From the NCBI GenBank assembly GCA_015491895.1, contig WFVA01000024.1:3323-67322 (forward strand): a stretch of DNA of 64,000 nucleotides. The letters run 5' to 3'. A program made the position numbers and the translations under genes. The stretch comes from Albidovulum sp. (GTDB taxonomy: Bacteria > Pseudomonadota > Alphaproteobacteria > Rhodobacterales > Rhodobacteraceae). The notes beneath the pieces are model-generated. The model worked only from the letters and a program-made list of their open reading frames with translations. It searched no databases and had not been told where the DNA came from. Shown here one piece after another: positions 58,951 through 64,000 of this stretch (the stretch's first letter is position 1; each line of letters begins with the position of its first letter).

Positions 58951-59030
58951 TGCCTGCTGCGGCATGTCATGCGATGCTCGATTGCAAGATTTGTTTCCAG
59001 ATATATGCTGCCGAAGCACGGGAGAGAACC

Positions 59031-59870
59031 ATGGCTTACAAATCCATCCTGACGGTCATCAGCGATCCGGGCGTGGCCTCCTCTGCGCTTGAAGAGGCGA
59101 TTGCCACAACCCGCGCGCATGATGCGCATCTCGAAGCCATCGCCGTTGGCGTGGATCGCACGCAGATCGGCTATTATTACGCCGGGGCACCCGTTCAATT
59201 CATGGAAGAAGCCCTGGAAGAAGCCAGGGCGGAAGCGGCGGAAGCCGAGAAATACGTGAAGGAGCGCCTTGAGAAGGCCGGGATCCGGTGGTCGAGCGAA
59301 ATGGCCGTCGCACAGCTCGCGGGGCTCAATACTCTGGTCGCGCAGAGGGCGCGCTACAGTGATCTCGTGATCCTGCCCCGCCCCTATTGCGAAGGCTGTG
59401 GGCCGGAGCAGGAGGTGATCGTGGAAGCGGCGCTGTTCGAGGGGCACGCTCCGGTCATGATCGTGCCGCCGCAGGCCGCGCCCAGACCCGATGCAAAGCG
59501 CATCGTGCTCGGATGGAACGAAAGCGCCGAGGCGCTGGCGGCGGCAAAAACCGCGCTGCCTCTGCTGAAAATGGCCGATATCGTGAGCATTGTCATTGTC
59601 GATCCGCCCAGGCACGGGCCGGATCGGTCGGATCCGGGTGGCGCGTTGTCGCAGTATCTCGTGCGCCATGGGGTGCAGGTGGAAATCTCCATCCTCGCAA
59701 AGACGATGCCGCGCGTTTCCGATGTGCTGATGCGCCACATGAAGGACATAAACGCCGATCTCCTGGTGATGGGCGCCTACGGGCACTCGCGGTTTCGCGA
59801 GGCGATTCTGGGCGGCGCCACACGCTATGTGATGGAGCAGGCGGAGTTTCCTGTTTTCATGGCGCATTGA
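59031..59870 (+). CDS. Tandem universal stress protein (UspA family)
   Basis: 279 aa with two Usp domains; C-terminal LLVMGAYGHSRFREAILGGATR motif. ATG preceded by GGGAGAG. Confidence 0.85.
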   Translation: MAYKSILTVISDPGVASSALEEAIATTRAHDAHLEAIAVGVDRTQIGYYYAGAPVQFMEEALEEARAEAAEAEKYVKERLEKAGIRWSSEMAVAQLAGLNTLVAQRARYSDLVILPRPYCEGCGPEQEVIVEAALFEGHAPVMIVPPQAAPRPDAKRIVLGWNESAEALAAAKTALPLLKMADIVSIVIVDPPRHGPDRSDPGGALSQYLVRHGVQVEISILAKTMPRVSDVLMRHMKDINADLLVMGAYGHSRFREAILGGATRYVMEQAEFPVFMAH

Positions 59871-59894
59871 GCGGCTGGCGCGGGCAATGGCGGC

Positions 59895-60635
59895 TCAGCC
59901 TATGAGCCCACCATCGCAATCATCTCCCGTTTCGGCCATCAGGGCCTGGAAATCCGGGATCACGATGCGGCGCTTGCCCTCGAGCCGAATCAGCCCTTCG
60001 CGCTTCAATACCGAAATCTGACGGCTCACGGTTTCCAGCGTAAGGCCGAGATAATCGGCCATGGCCTCGCGGGTGAGCGGAAGATCGAAGGCAATCTCCC
60101 CGTCCGCCTCCTTCAGCTTGAGCGCCGCATCACGCCGGCCAATGATGACGAAGAGGCTCGCGATCTTCTCGCGCGCCGTCTTGCGCCCGAGCAGAAGCAT
60201 CCACTCGCGCGCAGCATCCAGTTCGTCCAGCGTCATCTCCAGCATCCGGCTGGCCAGATGCGGGGTGCGGGCCATGAAAGCCTCGAACGGCTTCCTTCTG
60301 AAACAGCACATCACCAGATCGGTCGTGGCCGTTACGTCATAGGTGGCGCATTCGCGCCCCGGCCGGCCGAGGAAATCGCTCGGCAGCAGCAGGCCGACGA
60401 TCTGGGTGCGCCCATCTTCCATCGTCTGGGAAAGGGAGGCGATGCCGGAGACGACAGAGGCCATGAAATCCATCCTGTCACCCGCCCAGACAACGGTCTG
60501 CCCGGCTTCGTAGCTGCGATAGTATTTCATCGTATCGAGCTCTTCGAGTTCGGGCGGCTCGCAGCGCGCGCACAGTGCACGGTGACGGATGGGGCATTCG
60601 CCGCATCTCTTGATGGCTGTCGTCATGTCAGGCAT
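59895..60635 (-). CDS. fnrL: Crp/Fnr-family oxygen-sensing regulator (FnrL-like)
   Basis: N-terminal Cys cluster CGECPIRHRALCARC plus an internal Cys. C-terminal HTH ETVSRQISVLKREG carries the E--SR motif that reads TTGAT. Confidence 0.9.
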   Translation of the reverse strand: MPDMTTAIKRCGECPIRHRALCARCEPPELEELDTMKYYRSYEAGQTVVWAGDRMDFMASVVSGIASLSQTMEDGRTQIVGLLLPSDFLGRPGRECATYDVTATTDLVMCCFRRKPFEAFMARTPHLASRMLEMTLDELDAAREWMLLLGRKTAREKIASLFVIIGRRDAALKLKEADGEIAFDLPLTREAMADYLGLTLETVSRQISVLKREGLIRLEGKRRIVIPDFQALMAETGDDCDGGLIG

Positions 60636-60652
60636 GTCCCGTTTGCGCGCTA

Positions 60653-60666
60653 TTGATCTCGATCAA
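60653..60666. promoter_or_regulatory. Perfect FNR-type box TTGATCTCGATCAA shared by divergent fnrL and hemN
   Basis: Exact palindrome. Its centre is 24.5 nt from the fnrL ATG and 42.5 nt from hemN ATG 60702. Confidence 0.75.
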
Positions 60667-60695
60667 GGTTATCGAGTACTCCCTTGGAATACCCT

Positions 60696-62057
60696 ATGGC
60701 AATGATACATGAAGCACAACTGAGCCGCCTGGGGCTGTTTGACGCAAAGGTGCCCAGATACACCAGCTATCCCACCGCGCCCCATTTCTCCGGCGGCGTG
60801 GGAGCGGGTGAATTCGGCCGCTGGATCGGCGAAATCCCCGAAAGTGCTGAAATATCGCTCTATATTCACATCCCTTTCTGCCGTCGTCTGTGCTGGTTCT
60901 GCGCCTGTCGCACGCAGGGCACCCAGTCCGCGGCACCCGTGCGCAACTATCTCGACACCCTGAAGCGCGAGATTGCCATGCTGGGCGAGCGCATGCCCGC
61001 GGATGTTCGCCTTTCGCGCCTGCACTGGGGCGGAGGCACGCCCACGCTGCTCGAGCCCGACATGATCCGCGAACTGGCCGAAGCGATCTTTTCAGTGGCG
61101 CCCATGGCCGAGGGTGGTGAATTTTCGGTGGAGATAGATCCCAACGAGATCGATATGGCCCGTATCAGTGCGCTGGCGGATTCAGGGATGAACCGCGCCT
61201 CCATCGGGGTGCAGGATTTCGATGAGGAAATCCAGAAAGTTATCGGCCGTATCCAGGGATATGGCATCACGAGGGCAGCCGCCGAGATGATCCGCGAGGC
61301 CGGTGTGGGCAGCCTCAATGCCGATATCCTCTACGGCCTGCCCCACCAGAGCACTGCCCGTATCGCCGAGAGCGTGCAGAAGCTTCTCAGCCTCTCCCCC
61401 GATCGGGTGGCGCTTTACGGCTATGCCCATGTGCCCTGGATGGCCCGGCGCCAGACGATGATCCCCGCGGAAGCCCTGCCCTCACCCCAGCAGCGCCTCG
61501 CGCTTTTCGAAACGGCACGCAAGCTGTTCGTGTGGGACGGCTACGAGGAGATCGGCATCGATCACTTTGCCGTGCCGTCGGACGGCCTGGCCATTGCCCG
61601 GCGCGAGGGGCGGCTGCGGCGCAATTTCCAGGGCTACACGGATGATACGGCAACTGCTCTGATCGGGCTCGGCGCCTCTGCCATCTCCCGCTTCCCGCAG
61701 GGCTACGCGCAAAATGCGCCGGCCACCTCGCAATATGCGAAAGCCATTCAGGCCGGGGAATTCGCGACCGCGCGAGGGCATGTGTTCAGCCCGGAGGATC
61801 ATCTGCGCGGACGCATGATCGAAGCACTGATGTGCGATTTCCGCATCGACCGGAGCGAGATTCTGGAGCGGTTCGATATCGCGCCCGATGCGCTCGAAGC
61901 CATGTTCCGGGCAGCCGCCGAGGCGTTCGAAGGCCTGCCGGAGATCACCGAACGCGGCTTCGAACTGCCGACCGAGGTGCGCCCGCTCACCCGCATGATC
62001 GCGCGTGCCTTCGATACCTACGATCTCTCGAAGGCCGGGCACAGCGCCGCTATCTGA
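60696..62057 (+). CDS. hemN: Oxygen-independent coproporphyrinogen III oxidase (radical SAM)
   Basis: VPRYTSYPTAPHF and CRRLCWFCAC (CxxxCxxC). Candidate starts are TTG 60684, ATG 60696 and ATG 60702; none has an SD sequence. Confidence 0.9.
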   Translation: MAMIHEAQLSRLGLFDAKVPRYTSYPTAPHFSGGVGAGEFGRWIGEIPESAEISLYIHIPFCRRLCWFCACRTQGTQSAAPVRNYLDTLKREIAMLGERMPADVRLSRLHWGGGTPTLLEPDMIRELAEAIFSVAPMAEGGEFSVEIDPNEIDMARISALADSGMNRASIGVQDFDEEIQKVIGRIQGYGITRAAAEMIREAGVGSLNADILYGLPHQSTARIAESVQKLLSLSPDRVALYGYAHVPWMARRQTMIPAEALPSPQQRLALFETARKLFVWDGYEEIGIDHFAVPSDGLAIARREGRLRRNFQGYTDDTATALIGLGASAISRFPQGYAQNAPATSQYAKAIQAGEFATARGHVFSPEDHLRGRMIEALMCDFRIDRSEILERFDIAPDALEAMFRAAAEAFEGLPEITERGFELPTEVRPLTRMIARAFDTYDLSKAGHSAAI

Positions 62058-62136
62058 GATGCTCGCGCCATCAGCGGGGCAAGGAGATTTCATGCCTCCG
62101 GCGGGAGTATTTCCGCCAAGATGAAGAGACTGTGGT

Positions 62137-63743
<1,607 letters not shown>

Positions 63744-63747
<4 letters not shown>

Positions 63748-64000
63748 TCGAATGTCTTTCGCGGATCGAAGGCATCGCGCACGCCCTCGAAAATGAAGAC
63801 GAGCAGCGAGAGCATCAGGGCGAACACGAAGAAGGCGGTGAAACCGAGCCAGGGCGCCTGGAGATTCTGCTTGGCCTGGAGGGTGAGCTCGCCGAGCGAG
63901 GGGGCGGAGCTCGGCAGGCCGTAGCCGAGGTAATCGAGCGAGGCCAGGGTGGCGATGCCACCGGTGATGATGAAGGGCAGGAAAGTGAGCGTGGCCACCA
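63744..64000 (-). CDS. ABC transporter permease (YejE/DppC-like), C-terminal part; gene runs off the window end
   Basis: ...GYGLPSSAPSLGELTLQAK...FIFEGVRDAFDPR is the typical C-terminus of BPD-type peptide permeases. 4-nt overlap with yejF. Confidence 0.8.

Overview
High-GC (coding roughly mid-60s % by eye), very gene-dense chromosomal segment. Gene content and synteny look like a Rhodobacterales/Paracoccaceae-type alphaproteobacterium; that assignment is inferred only from the fnrL-usp-ccoNOQP-ccoGHIS (rdxBHIS-like) layout and protein motifs, with no database search. I call about 66 protein genes. Five are too short for the supplied ORF track or missing from it (rpmH, DUF465, aa3 oxidase subunit IV, ccoS, a 55-aa TM/Cys protein), and one gene fragment at the left edge is also absent from the track. 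Content by region: (i) rpmH-rnpA-yidD, then an AT-rich break and a stand-alone EAL gene; (ii) phaAB, isoprenoid/quinone genes (ispB-like, ispE, ubiA) and ETF-QO; (iii) molybdenum-cofactor genes at three separate places (fdhD-mobA-mobB::moeA, moaB, moaDE); (iv) pyrB plus a catalytically degenerate dihydroorotase-like gene; (v) an RND efflux pair; (vi) uvrC-pgsA; (vii) glpK and cbpAM-like chaperone genes; (viii) a complete microaerobic respiration locus, ccoNOQP-ccoGHIS, tandem-Usp, fnrL and hemN, with four FNR-type palindromes; (ix) yejFE-like ABC transporter genes at the right edge. I found no tRNA/rRNA, CRISPR array, transposase/integrase, phage or recognisable defence genes, and I could not support a novel multi-gene system. 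The most unusual signals are non-coding or very small. They are: a structured 224-290 nt spacer between ccoG and ccoP whose only canonical intrinsic terminator faces the gene-less strand (candidate sRNA); a ~43% GC, 300-bp spacer upstream of uvrC with a perfect DnaA box, degenerate boxes and a 120-bp-spaced direct repeat; an unannotated TM + CxxC..CxC mini-protein wedged into an S49 peptidase/CaCA antiporter/SDR operon; FNR-box geometry implying a leaderless hemN and autorepressed fnrL; and a 30% GC patch with GANTC sites where yidC would be expected. All long antisense ORFs (up to 1149 codons) are treated as high-GC artefacts.
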